Source of the DNA: Lentzea waywayandensis
Lineage (GTDB): Bacteria > Actinomycetota > Actinomycetes > Mycobacteriales > Pseudonocardiaceae
Assembly (NCBI RefSeq): GCF_900115955.1
Contig: NZ_FOYL01000019.1
Coordinates: 1-64,000, forward strand
Length of the DNA stretch: 64,000 nt
Direction: 5' to 3'
A model generated the notes under the pieces. It had not been told where the DNA came from, did not search any database, and saw only the letters and a program-made list of their open reading frames with translations. Of this stretch, positions 36,790 to 46,377 are shown piece after piece; within the stretch, counting starts at the first letter, position 1, and the number at the start of each line of letters is the position of its first letter. A program made the translations under genes and the position numbers.

Positions 36790-38055
36790 TTGACGGACAA
36801 TGGCGTTGTGGAGCAACTGACCGCCGCTGACCAGCAGAAGCGCACGGACCTGCGCAAGATGAAGCTCGTCGCGACGAGCTTCCTGATAGGCGCGACGATC
36901 ATCTTCTTCGGCACGCACGCCTTCGAGGGCGCCTGGGTCGGCTACGTGCGGGCCGCCGCGGAGGCCGGCATGGTCGGCGCGCTCGCGGACTGGTTCGCCG
37001 TCACCGCTCTGTTCCGGCGTCCGCTGGGGCTGCCGATCCCGCACACCGCGATCATCCCCGAGCGCAAGAACATGTTCGGGCAGACGCTCGGCGACTTCGT
37101 GGGCGTCAACTTCCTGAGCCCCGCGGTCGTGCAGGACAAGCTCCGCAGGGCAGGCATCGCGGAACGCGCCGGCGCGTGGATCAAGCAGCCCGAGAACGCC
37201 GAGCGGATCACCAACGAGCTCGCGAACGTCATCAAGGGCGCGATCACGGTCCTCAAGGACGAGGAGGTCCAGGCCGTCCTCGAACAGGCGATCGTCAAGC
37301 GGGTCACGGAGAGGCCGTGGGGTCCGCCGCTGGGCAAGCTGCTCAACCAGGTCCTGACCGACGGCGCGCACCACAAGCTCGTCGACCTCATGTGCGACCG
37401 GGCCTACGAGTGGGTGCGCGACAACTCGGACAAGGTCAGCCTCATCGTCACGGACCGCGCGCCGACGTGGTCGCCCAAGTTCGTCGACGCGCTGCTCGGC
37501 GACAAGGTCTACGCGGAGCTGGTCAACTTCGCCTGGGCGGTCAAGACCGACGTCAACCACCCGATGCGGCTCGCCGTCGACCAGTTCCTGATCGAGTTCT
37601 CCACCGACATGCAGACCGACCCGGCCACCATGCAGCGCGCCGAGCAGGTCAAGCAGCAGGTCATCACCCACCCGGACGTCCAGAAGCTGATCAGCAGCGC
37701 CTGGGGCACGGCCAAGAAGATGCTCATCGACGCCGCCGAGGACCCGTCCAGCGAGCTCCGCAAGCGCGTCACGCTGGGCCTGATCAACCTCGGCACGAAC
37801 CTCACCGACGACCTCGAACTGCGCGCCAAGGTCGACGGCTGGCTGGAGCAGGCCGCCGGGTACGTCGTCTCGAACTACCGCGCGGAGATCACCACGCTGA
37901 TCACGGACACGGTCGAGCGCTGGGACGCCGAGGAGACCTCGCGCAAGATCGAACTGCAGGTCGGCAGGGACCTGCAGTTCATCCGGATCAACGGCACCGT
38001 TGTCGGCGCGCTCGCCGGCCTGGTGATCTACACCGTGGCCAACGTGCTGTTCTGA
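36790..38055 (+). CDS. DUF445-family membrane protein
   Basis: N-terminal TM helices and conserved DUF445 segments (AVTALFRRPLGLPIPHTAIIPERK). Confidence 0.7.
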   Translation: MTDNGVVEQLTAADQQKRTDLRKMKLVATSFLIGATIIFFGTHAFEGAWVGYVRAAAEAGMVGALADWFAVTALFRRPLGLPIPHTAIIPERKNMFGQTLGDFVGVNFLSPAVVQDKLRRAGIAERAGAWIKQPENAERITNELANVIKGAITVLKDEEVQAVLEQAIVKRVTERPWGPPLGKLLNQVLTDGAHHKLVDLMCDRAYEWVRDNSDKVSLIVTDRAPTWSPKFVDALLGDKVYAELVNFAWAVKTDVNHPMRLAVDQFLIEFSTDMQTDPATMQRAEQVKQQVITHPDVQKLISSAWGTAKKMLIDAAEDPSSELRKRVTLGLINLGTNLTDDLELRAKVDGWLEQAAGYVVSNYRAEITTLITDTVERWDAEETSRKIELQVGRDLQFIRINGTVVGALAGLVIYTVANVLF

Positions 38056-38579
38056 GGCGGGTTCTGGGCGCGGGTCCGTTTTCGGAACGTGCGCGCCTTC
38101 TCGCGGTTCCCGCACACCTGCATCGAGCACCAGGTGCGCGAGCGGTTGCGGGAGCGGTCGAAGAACGCACGCAGGCAGTCGTCGGCGGGACAGATCTTGA
38201 AGCGTTCCCAGGAGCCCAGCACGGCCAGGCGGGCGGACGCGGCGAGCACCGCGCCGAGCGCGTCCGAGCTCGACAGCACGGGGACGCCGTCGGTGAGCTC
38301 GATGTGGACGACGCCCGCCGCTGTCTGAGGCCCTGACGACCCCTCGATGGACGACCGCAGTGCCGCACGAGCGGCGCGCGCCTGCGCGATTTCGCTGCTC
38401 CGCCCCAGGCCGCGCTCGGTCACCCATGCGCGCCAGGAGGCTTCACTGTCCAGTACGTGTCGAGTGTTCAGGAAGTCGAGCAGAAGCTCGACGTCGTGAT
38501 CCCAGCCGACAGTCAGACCAGTCACCCCACCACTGTAGGCGCCACGGCGGTTGCCCGTCAGGGCATCTGATGAATACAC
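38028..38579 (-). CDS. CGNR zinc-finger (ABATE-domain) protein
   Basis: C-terminal CxxC...CGNR motif (RFKICPADDCLRAFFDRSRNRSRTWCSMQVCGNREKARTFRKR). Confidence 0.8.
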   Translation of the reverse strand: MYSSDALTGNRRGAYSGGVTGLTVGWDHDVELLLDFLNTRHVLDSEASWRAWVTERGLGRSSEIAQARAARAALRSSIEGSSGPQTAAGVVHIELTDGVPVLSSSDALGAVLAASARLAVLGSWERFKICPADDCLRAFFDRSRNRSRTWCSMQVCGNREKARTFRKRTRAQNPPQNSTLATV

Positions 38580-38587
38580 CGGGTGTA
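38573..38587. promoter_or_regulatory. palindrome ATACACC-G-GGTGTAT (followed by GTGTATA direct repeats) upstream of the PadR gene; candidate PadR autoregulatory operator
   Basis: Seen directly 25 bp upstream of the PadR ATG. Confidence 0.45.
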
Positions 38588-38611
38588 TACCTCGTGTGTA
38601 TAGTGCTCCTC

Positions 38612-39136
38612 ATGTCGATCGGACACGCACTGTTGGGGCTGCTAGAGGGCGGTCCCAGGCACGGATACGACCTCAAGCGCGCCTACGACGAGCGCTTTGG
38701 TCACGACCGGCCGTTGCACTACGGGCAGGTGTACTCGACCCTGTCGAGGTTGCTGAAGAACGGCCTCGTGAGCGAGGCGGGCGTGGAGGCGGGCGACGGC
38801 CCGGAGCGCAAGCGGTACGCGATCACCGACGCCGGGGTCACTGATGTAGAACGCTGGCTCGGCACGCCGGAGAAGCCGGAGCCGTACCTCCAGAACACCC
38901 TCTACGCGAAGGTCGTGCTGGCCCTGCTGTCCGGCCGCAGCGCCACCGAGGTGCTCGACACGCAACGTTCCGCGCACCTCACCACGATGCGCGACCTGAC
39001 CAAGCGCAAGGTGGACGGCGACCTCGCCGACCAGCTCATCTGCGACTTCGCCCTGTTCCACCTCGAAGCGGACCTGCGGTGGCTCGAACTGACCGCGGCG
39101 CGCCTCGACAGACTGGCCCAGGAGGTCAGGAAATGA
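38612..39136 (+). CDS. PadR-family transcriptional regulator
   Basis: ALLGLLEGGPRHGYDLKRAYDERFG...YGQVYSTLSRLLKNGLV winged helix. Confidence 0.85.
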   Translation: MSIGHALLGLLEGGPRHGYDLKRAYDERFGHDRPLHYGQVYSTLSRLLKNGLVSEAGVEAGDGPERKRYAITDAGVTDVERWLGTPEKPEPYLQNTLYAKVVLALLSGRSATEVLDTQRSAHLTTMRDLTKRKVDGDLADQLICDFALFHLEADLRWLELTAARLDRLAQEVRK

Positions 39137-39807
39137 GCCTTTTGAGGGCCGAGGACCTGCACAAGTCGTTCGGTAAGACGCACGCGCTCGAAGGTGCGGG
39201 TCTCACCGTCCGCGCGGGTGAGATCGTCGCGGTGATGGGGCCTTCCGGCTCCGGCAAGTCCACCCTGCTGCACTGCATCGCGGGCATCCTGGCGCCGGAC
39301 TCCGGTGTGGTCCGCTACGGCGACCGCGAGCTCACCTCGATGACCGACCGGGAGCGCAGCGAGCTGCGGCGCACCGACTTCGGGTTCGTCTTCCAGTTCG
39401 GCCAGCTCGTGCCGGAGCTGACCTGCCTGGAGAACGTCGCGCTGCCGATGCGGCTCAGCGGCGTGAAGCGCAAGGACGCGGAGAACGCCGCGAAGGACTG
39501 GCTGGCCAAGCTGGAGGTCGACGGCGTCGCGGACCAGCGGCCCGGCGAGACGTCCGGTGGTCAGGGGCAACGCGTTGCGATCGCCCGCGCGCTGGTCACG
39601 GGGCCGAAGGTGATCTTCGCCGACGAACCGACCGGCGCTCTCGACTCGCTCAACGGCGAGCGGGTCATGCACCTGCTCACGACGGCAGCCAGGGAGACCG
39701 GTGCCGCGGTCGTGCTGGTGACGCACGAGGCCCGCGTCGCCGCCTACTCCGACCGCGAGGTCGTCGTGCGGGACGGCAAGGCCAGGGACGTGGAGTTCGC
39801 TCGATGA
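39133..39807 (+). CDS. ABC transporter ATP-binding protein (MacB/LolD/FtsE-like)
   Basis: Walker A GPSGSGKST, signature SGGQGQRVAIARAL, Walker B VIFADEPTGALD. ATGA overlap with PadR. Confidence 0.9.
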   Translation: MSLLRAEDLHKSFGKTHALEGAGLTVRAGEIVAVMGPSGSGKSTLLHCIAGILAPDSGVVRYGDRELTSMTDRERSELRRTDFGFVFQFGQLVPELTCLENVALPMRLSGVKRKDAENAAKDWLAKLEVDGVADQRPGETSGGQGQRVAIARALVTGPKVIFADEPTGALDSLNGERVMHLLTTAARETGAAVVLVTHEARVAAYSDREVVVRDGKARDVEFAR

Positions 39808-42038
39808 AGCACGTGTTCAACGACCTCGCCCTCGGCGTCCGGCTGGCCGTCGGGGGCAGCCGGAAGTCGTGGGGGAGGCTCGCACTTCAGGGCGTCGGCA
39901 TCGGTCTGTGTGTGGCGATGCTGTTGCTCGCCGCCGCGTTGCCGAACGCGTTGGACGCACGGGACGACCGGGGTGATGCGCGCAGTGAGATGACCGAGGG
40001 CGACGGGCCGGCGCCGGTGCTGGTCGAAGAGATGTACGTCCACTTCCGCTCGCACGACATCCCCGGCACGTATGTGAACGTGCGCGCGCAGAACGCTCCG
40101 GTGCCGCCGGGCCTCGAACGGTTGCCGCAGGACGGCGAGGTCGTCGTGTCGCCCGCGCTCGCGCAACTGCTCGCGTCGCCGGAAGGTGAGCTGCTGCGTC
40201 CCCGGTTCCCGCAGAAGGTGATCGGCACGATCGGCGCGGCGGGCCTGATCGGACCTCACGACCTGAAGTTCTACGCCGGTGACAGCAAGATCGCGGAGGA
40301 CGCCGGCACCAAGGTGTACGGCTACGGGCGTGCGTACCAGCGCATGGGGCTCGACCCGGTGCTGTGGATGCTCAGCCTCGTCGGCATCGTCGTGCTGCTG
40401 TTCCCCGTGCTGGTGTTCGTCAGCGTCGCCACCAGGCTCGCCGCCGCCCAGCGCGACCGCAGGCTCGCGGCGTTGCGGCTGGTCGGCGCGGCGGCGGGCC
40501 GGGTGCGGCTGATCGCGTCCGGCGAGACGCTGGTCGGCGCGCTGACCGGGCTCGTGTTCGGCATCGGGATCTTCCTCGCGGTGCGGCCGCTGGCCGACGA
40601 CGTTCCCGTTCCCGAGCTCGCGTTCTACCCCGGCGACCTGCTGCCCACCCCGTCTCTCACGGCGGTGGTGCTCGTGGCCGTGCCGGTGCTCGCGGTTCTC
40701 ACGTCGTTGTTCGCCATGCGCCGCACGATCATCGAACCGCTCGGCGTGGTCCGGCACCAGAAGCCGGTCCGGCGCAGGCTGTGGTGGCGTCTGGTGCCCG
40801 CGCTCGGCGGAATCGCCCTGCTGGCCAGCCAGTTCGGCGACAGCGGCGAGAAGGGCACGACGTTCCAGGTCGTCGTCATCGCCGGCGTGGTGCTGCTGAT
40901 GCTGGGCATCCCGGTGCTGCTGCCGTGGCTGGTGGAGCGGGTCGTGAACTGGATGCGCGGTGCCACCCCGGCCTTGCAGCTGGCGGTGCGCCGGTTGCAG
41001 CTCGACGCGGGTACGGCGGCGCGGGTCGTCGGTGGCGTGGCCGTGGTGCTCGCCGGCACGGTCACGTTGCAGGTCATCCTCGCGAGCGTCGAGAAGGACG
41101 TCGTCTCGGAGGAGAAACGGGACGCGACCCACAACTTCATCGCCCTGACACCCAAAGAGGACATCGACGCCGCCGGACTGCGGAAGGCTGTGGAGGCCGC
41201 CGAGGGCGTGCGGGCCGTGCACGTGCTCGACCGCACCTACGTGACCCAGCCGGACGACCGCACCACGTCCGTCTCCGTCGGCACCTGCGCGGCGTTGAAG
41301 GCACAGGCGGACGTCACGGACTGCGTGGACGGCAAGGCCTACCTGGTGCGGTTCGCGCGGGACATGTCCGAGGTCAGGGCGGGCGACGCGGTGAAGACGC
41401 AGGGCGAGAGCGCCTGGACCCTGCCCGCGCTGCGGGAGGTCCCCGGCACCAGTCCCGGCATCTACCTCACCCCTGCCGCGGCCAAGGGCCTCGACCTCAC
41501 CGACAGCCGGCCCCAGTTGCAGGCCGAGCTCGACCTCGCGGTGCCGGACGCCGCCGAGCACATGCGCAACTCCGTCGCCGCGTACAGCTGGCGGGTCCAC
41601 GCGTACTTCGTCGGCCAGGACGACTCGGCCGAGGTCGAGTTGATCTTCGCCTCGATCCGCAGGGCGTTGCTCGCGGGCGCGGTGCTGACGTTGCTGCTGG
41701 CCGGAGCGTCGTTGCTGGTAATGGCGCTGGAACAGGTCCGGGAACGCCGCCGTCCTCTCGCCGTGCTGGCGGCGACCGGAGTACCGCGCGGCACGCTCGC
41801 CAGGTCGTTGCTGTGGCAGAACGGCGTGCCGCTGGTGCTGTCCACGGTCATCGCGGTCGGCACCGGCGTCGGGCTCGGCGTGATGGTCACGCGGGTGTTC
41901 GGCGCCGAGGTCGCCTACGACTGGCCGGGCATCGCCGCACTCACCGGCGCCTCGGTGGCGCTGGTGCTCGCGGTCACTGCTCTGACGTTGCCCTCGCTGA
42001 GAAAGGCGACCGGAGCACTGGGGTTGCAGAGCGAGTAG
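39804..42038 (+). CDS. FtsX-like ABC transporter permease with duplicated extracytoplasmic/permease modules
   Basis: 744 aa, two FtsX-type 4-TM blocks. Overlaps the ATPase stop. Confidence 0.8.
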   Translation: MKHVFNDLALGVRLAVGGSRKSWGRLALQGVGIGLCVAMLLLAAALPNALDARDDRGDARSEMTEGDGPAPVLVEEMYVHFRSHDIPGTYVNVRAQNAPVPPGLERLPQDGEVVVSPALAQLLASPEGELLRPRFPQKVIGTIGAAGLIGPHDLKFYAGDSKIAEDAGTKVYGYGRAYQRMGLDPVLWMLSLVGIVVLLFPVLVFVSVATRLAAAQRDRRLAALRLVGAAAGRVRLIASGETLVGALTGLVFGIGIFLAVRPLADDVPVPELAFYPGDLLPTPSLTAVVLVAVPVLAVLTSLFAMRRTIIEPLGVVRHQKPVRRRLWWRLVPALGGIALLASQFGDSGEKGTTFQVVVIAGVVLLMLGIPVLLPWLVERVVNWMRGATPALQLAVRRLQLDAGTAARVVGGVAVVLAGTVTLQVILASVEKDVVSEEKRDATHNFIALTPKEDIDAAGLRKAVEAAEGVRAVHVLDRTYVTQPDDRTTSVSVGTCAALKAQADVTDCVDGKAYLVRFARDMSEVRAGDAVKTQGESAWTLPALREVPGTSPGIYLTPAAAKGLDLTDSRPQLQAELDLAVPDAAEHMRNSVAAYSWRVHAYFVGQDDSAEVELIFASIRRALLAGAVLTLLLAGASLLVMALEQVRERRRPLAVLAATGVPRGTLARSLLWQNGVPLVLSTVIAVGTGVGLGVMVTRVFGAEVAYDWPGIAALTGASVALVLAVTALTLPSLRKATGALGLQSE

Positions 42039-44016
42039 TCGACTCGTGCTCTGCCAGGCGGTCCTGCACCAGTCCGTGCCGGAACTGGTAGCAGGCTCCC
42101 GCCCGGCAGAGCACGCCGAGCTTGCGTGAATCCTCCAGGAACACCATCAGCTCCCAGGGCAGCTTTCCGCGCAGTGCCAGCCAGATCCGGGCGACGGTGA
42201 ACCACCACCAGCGCAGGTGCAGCACGGCCAGTGCGAACCCGAGCATCAGCCCGGACGCGAGCCCCAGCCCGACCATGCCGGTCTGGCCGGGGCCGAACAC
42301 CAGCGCCGCCGCCGAACCGAACACCACGGCCAGCACGAGAGACCCAGTCCACACCGCGATCCGGTCGCGCGACATCGTCCACTGAGGACTGGAAGCCTGC
42401 GACAGCTCGGCCGCGCTCGACAACGCGAACCGCAGCGCGATCGCCACGGCGAGCCCCAGGCCGACGACGAGTCCGGCGGAAAGTCCGTACAGTGCCCCGA
42501 AAACGAGTCCGGCGGCAAGTCCCAGCACGCCGGGCACGAGCAGCAGACTGCGCCAGATTCCCAAGCGCGGCTTGGCTTTGCGCTCGTGTGACGCGGTCAG
42601 CGCGGCCGCGCCGACACCGATGCCCGCCACCAGGCCGGTGATCGGGGCGAGCGACGGCGTAATCGAGTACGCCATCAGCCAGCCGACGCCGAACCCGCCG
42701 ATCGCGCCCAGCACCAGCGCGCCGAGCACCGCGAGCCACGTGCTGCCGACCGAGCGGCGCAGCTCCCACCAGGCCAGTTCGCGGATGCCGCGCTCACGCA
42801 TCTCGTGAGCCAGGAACTCGAGCCACTTGCGGGCCCTGTCGCGCGGCCAGACCTGCGTGGCCCTGGCGTGGTGCGCGAACGCCCTGTTGCCGAACGCCCG
42901 CGACACCAGTTCGTCGCAGAGGTGGTCGGAGATCGCCCGCGCGTCCGGGAAACGGCCGCGGTCGAGCAGTTCGGTCGGCTCGGCCTCGCTGTCCGCGTAG
43001 ACGATGCTGGCGAGCCACATCGTGAGCGGCGTGGACAACGCGTCCGCGAGCCTGCCGTCCGGTTCCTCGCGCAGCTGGATGAACACCGGCTCCCAGCGCG
43101 CCGCGCCCCAGCTGTCGGCGCTCGCCCGCAGATAGGCGGCGACCTCGTCCAGGTCCAGCGGGGCCAGTTCGACGACGTCCGCGCCGGGCAGCGGACCGGC
43201 GAGGTGGACGGCCTGCGCGAACTCGGCCGTGCGGCAGGTCAGCACCAGCGGCCGGTTCGCGCCGAACGCCTTCGAGATCCGCGCGAGAGCGTCCGCGCGC
43301 TGGTGGGCGGGGATGTCGTCCAGGCCGTCGAGCACGGGCAGCACCAGGTGCTGCTCGACCAGCAGATCACCGGCGTAGCTGCCGTACAGCTCGGTGTTGC
43401 GCAACGCCGGATGGTCCTCGTAGAGCCTGCGCGTGAGCCACGTGCGGACGTCCTCGACCGCCGGGTTCCACGTCGACAGCGGCAGCAGCACCGGCACCAT
43501 GCCGCCGTCGTAGCGGTCCAGCAGGCCGCACGTCAGCAGCATCGCGACCGTCGACTTGCCGGTGCCGGCCTCGCCGATGATCACCATCCGGCGGTTGATC
43601 TGCCGTTCGAACGCGCCCACCACGGCGTCGCTGCGTCCGGGCGGCGCGTCCGGCTCGTCGCTCACGTCCAGTTCGGGGGCGATCCAGTGCAGGTCGAGCA
43701 CGTCCGGGTCGGTGAGGCCGCGCGAACGCACCTCCTCGTTCCACTGCGACTGAAGGCCGACGGCGAGCGCGCGGCACGCGGCGTCGAGGTGCTCGTCAGT
43801 GCTGAGCGCGGCGTTGTGCCTGCGCCGGACCCACGGGTCGAGCAAAGCCAGAAAGCCCAGGAACGCCAGCGCGAGCACGATCAGCCACAGGTGCGGGTGG
43901 ATGCCGAGGTCGGTCACGATCAGCCCGGCCGCGGTGAGCAACGCGGTCAGCACGCACCCGGCCAGCAGCGCTCGCTGACGGAATCTGGACATGCGAGGCA
44001 TCATGACGCACCGCAT
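41974..44016 (-). CDS. NACHT-family STAND NTPase embedded in the membrane (2 N-terminal and ~5-6 C-terminal TM helices)
   Basis: Walker A VIIGEAGTGKSTVAMLL, Walker B LVLPVLDGLDDI, NACHT-like helical region. Hydrophobic N-terminus (LLAGCVLTALLTAAGLIV...LWLIVLALAFLGFLAL) and a C-terminal cluster of glycine-rich TM helices. Confidence 0.75.
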   Translation of the reverse strand: MRCVMMPRMSRFRQRALLAGCVLTALLTAAGLIVTDLGIHPHLWLIVLALAFLGFLALLDPWVRRRHNAALSTDEHLDAACRALAVGLQSQWNEEVRSRGLTDPDVLDLHWIAPELDVSDEPDAPPGRSDAVVGAFERQINRRMVIIGEAGTGKSTVAMLLTCGLLDRYDGGMVPVLLPLSTWNPAVEDVRTWLTRRLYEDHPALRNTELYGSYAGDLLVEQHLVLPVLDGLDDIPAHQRADALARISKAFGANRPLVLTCRTAEFAQAVHLAGPLPGADVVELAPLDLDEVAAYLRASADSWGAARWEPVFIQLREEPDGRLADALSTPLTMWLASIVYADSEAEPTELLDRGRFPDARAISDHLCDELVSRAFGNRAFAHHARATQVWPRDRARKWLEFLAHEMRERGIRELAWWELRRSVGSTWLAVLGALVLGAIGGFGVGWLMAYSITPSLAPITGLVAGIGVGAAALTASHERKAKPRLGIWRSLLLVPGVLGLAAGLVFGALYGLSAGLVVGLGLAVAIALRFALSSAAELSQASSPQWTMSRDRIAVWTGSLVLAVVFGSAAALVFGPGQTGMVGLGLASGLMLGFALAVLHLRWWWFTVARIWLALRGKLPWELMVFLEDSRKLGVLCRAGACYQFRHGLVQDRLAEHESTTRSATPVLRSPFSARATSEQ

Positions 44017-44064
44017 CCGCCTGGGGTCGATTCAGTGACCCGTGTCGTGACGTTTGGTTGTTGA

Positions 44065-45165
44065 TCACAGATGCCAGCGGAGATCGCCCAGCGTCAGGTG
44101 CTGGCCGTCGGCGCCGATCGTGATCCCGAACTGGTCGCGGCGCGGTTTGCCCAGGTCGTTCCAGTCGACGAGGGCCTGCTCCACGACGTCCCACAGCTTG
44201 CGCGGGCCGCCCTGGTCGACGTGCGAACCGTGGTGGTGCACCCAGGATCCGTCCGAATGGGCCAGCCAGTCGCGGCCGGCTGCCACGTCCGGCAACGCGA
44301 TGCCCGCGAAGAACTCGAACGGGCTGGCCGGATCGATGACGGAGTTCAGCCGCAACGTGGTGGCGCGGCGTTCGAACGTGCCTTCTCCCGCTAGCGCCCG
44401 TGGGTGGGCGTGCGCGCGCAACGGCATGAAGCGCCCGTCCTCGGTGAGCACGCGTCCTTCGCCGGTGCCGTCGCCGTTGGACGCGATCAGCACCAGCCCG
44501 GCGCCGATGGGGCGGTGCAACGTCGTCACCACCAGGCCGCCCTGCCTCGTCTGCTCCAGCCAGGCGGCCGGAATGGTCGAGACGGAGCAGGTGGCCAGCA
44601 AGCGGTCGTACGGCGCGCGATCCGGATGGCCGAGCGCGCCGTCGCCCGTCACACAGGTGGGGAAGAAACCGTTGCGGTGCAGTCGTTTGCGTGCTCGCCG
44701 CGAGATGTGCGGGTCGACGTCGATCGTGGTGACGTTGCCGGAACCCACGGCGTGGCACAGAAGAGCCGCGTTGTAGCCCGTGCCCGTCCCCACCTCGAGG
44801 ACCGACTGTCCGTTGTGGACGTCCAGGGCCTCCAGCATGATCGCCATGATCGTGGGCATGCTCGACGAACAGGTCGGTGTGCCGCCGCTCACGGTGTCGT
44901 CGCCGTCGAACTGGGTAACCCACACCCGGTCGGCGTAGACCAGTTCGAGCCACTCGGGGTGCCGCGCGGTGACCTGTTCCCAGTCGCCGGTGTGCAGCTG
45001 ACGGTAGAAGCGCGGCAGGAACTCGTGCCGCGGAACGGCGCGAAAAGCCTTGAGCCACTTGGAATCGTGCAGCACACCGTCACCGAGCAGGTGATCCGCC
45101 AGCTCGGCTCGTAACGCCCCGGCGCCGTCCATGTCACCTCCCACGGTATCCCTGTGGCGTAGCAC
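44065..45165 (-). CDS. protein-L-isoaspartate O-methyltransferase-like methyltransferase with C-terminal extension (FxLD-system-type)
   Basis: SAM-binding motif VLEVGTGTGYNAALL in a PIMT-like fold. ~120-aa C-terminal extension. Only 48 bp upstream of the NACHT gene on the same strand. Confidence 0.7.
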   Translation of the reverse strand: MLRHRDTVGGDMDGAGALRAELADHLLGDGVLHDSKWLKAFRAVPRHEFLPRFYRQLHTGDWEQVTARHPEWLELVYADRVWVTQFDGDDTVSGGTPTCSSSMPTIMAIMLEALDVHNGQSVLEVGTGTGYNAALLCHAVGSGNVTTIDVDPHISRRARKRLHRNGFFPTCVTGDGALGHPDRAPYDRLLATCSVSTIPAAWLEQTRQGGLVVTTLHRPIGAGLVLIASNGDGTGEGRVLTEDGRFMPLRAHAHPRALAGEGTFERRATTLRLNSVIDPASPFEFFAGIALPDVAAGRDWLAHSDGSWVHHHGSHVDQGGPRKLWDVVEQALVDWNDLGKPRRDQFGITIGADGQHLTLGDLRWHL

Positions 45166-45220
45166 ACGCAGCGATTGCTAGCAGGGTGCTTGCAATAGCT
45201 AGCACTCGTCGCTAACGTAG

Positions 45221-45628
45221 TTGGTGGCACGAGGAACGGGAGCGGGAACAGTGGACAAGTCCATCGACAAAGCAGTCGCGGACCTCGGCCGCAACATCGG
45301 TGAGTACATCCGCGAGCAACGCAACACGGCCAAGATCTCCTTGCGGGAACTGGCGAAGCAGGCGGGTGTCTCCAACCCATACCTCAGCCAGATCGAGCGA
45401 GGACTGCGCAAGCCGTCCGCGGAGATCCTTCAACAGATCGCCAAGGGCCTGCGCATCTCGGCCGAAGTGCTCTACGTCGAGGCCGGGATCCTCCAGCAGC
45501 GCGAAGGCGGTGCGTTGGCGGACGCCATCGTCGCCGCGACCGATCTGACCGAGCGGCAGAAGCAGGTGCTGCTCGACGTCTACGAATCTTTCCGGCGGGA
45601 GAACACCGCCACCAACAAGGAGGACTGA
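45221..45628 (+). CDS. XRE-family HTH transcriptional regulator (Rv0474-like)
   Basis: ISLRELAKQAGVSNPYLSQIERGLRKPSAEILQQIAKGL HTH_3 motif. Confidence 0.85.
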   Translation: MVARGTGAGTVDKSIDKAVADLGRNIGEYIREQRNTAKISLRELAKQAGVSNPYLSQIERGLRKPSAEILQQIAKGLRISAEVLYVEAGILQQREGGALADAIVAATDLTERQKQVLLDVYESFRRENTATNKED

Positions 45629-45633
45629 TCTCC

Positions 45634-46299
45634 ATGCCGAAGCTCACCCAGGACGACGTTCGCAAGGCCGCCGAGCAGGGCGCGCACGCCGCTCGTCAGG
45701 CACTGCTCGCCGCTCTCGGCGCCGGTGACCTCGCCGCGAAGGCCGTCGTCGAGGCCCTGAACAAGGCCAAGGAGCGTGCCGAAGAGGCCCGCACCCAGGC
45801 CAAGGACCTCCCGACCGAGCTGGGCGACCTGCGCGACAAGCTGCAGCCGGCCGAGCTCAAGAAGCTGGTCGACGCCTACACCGCCTCCGCGGTGAACCTG
45901 TACACCTACCTCGCCGACCAGGGCGAGCAGACGCTGGAGCAGATCAAGGCCCAGCCGCAGGTCAAGCAGGCCGTGGAGCAGGTCGAGCAGGCCGTCGAGG
46001 CCGCGCAGAAGCGCGCCGAGTCCGCTGCCGCCGACGCCCGTGAGCTCGCGGACGACGTCCTCGGCAAGGTGACCCGTCGCACCCGTTCGGTCGGCGAGAA
46101 GGTCGCCATCGCGGTCGACAAGGGCAGCGAGAAGCTGGCCGAGGAGATCGCCGAGGCCGGTGACGAGGTCGCGCACGAGGTCCGCAGCACCGCCCGCAAG
46201 ACCGCGAACCGCACGGCGCCGCGCAAGCCGGCGACGACGACCCGCACCACGACCACGACGACCGCGGCGAAGAAGACCACCCCGAACACCGCCAAGTGA
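45634..46299 (+). CDS. hbhA: heparin-binding-hemagglutinin-like coiled-coil protein with Lys/Thr/Ala/Pro-rich C-terminal tail
   Basis: Coiled-coil body and C-terminal low-complexity basic tail (KPATTTRTTTTTTAAKKTTPNTAK). Gene order XRE-hbhA-DUF2516 mirrors M. tuberculosis Rv0474-Rv0476. Confidence 0.6.
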   Translation: MPKLTQDDVRKAAEQGAHAARQALLAALGAGDLAAKAVVEALNKAKERAEEARTQAKDLPTELGDLRDKLQPAELKKLVDAYTASAVNLYTYLADQGEQTLEQIKAQPQVKQAVEQVEQAVEAAQKRAESAAADARELADDVLGKVTRRTRSVGEKVAIAVDKGSEKLAEEIAEAGDEVAHEVRSTARKTANRTAPRKPATTTRTTTTTTAAKKTTPNTAK

Positions 46300-46377
46300 G
46301 TCTGTGAATTTCTCCGGGAGGGGAGCAGTCCGACAGGGCTGCTCCCCTCCCGTCGTACGTCCACGTAGTCTGGTTGC

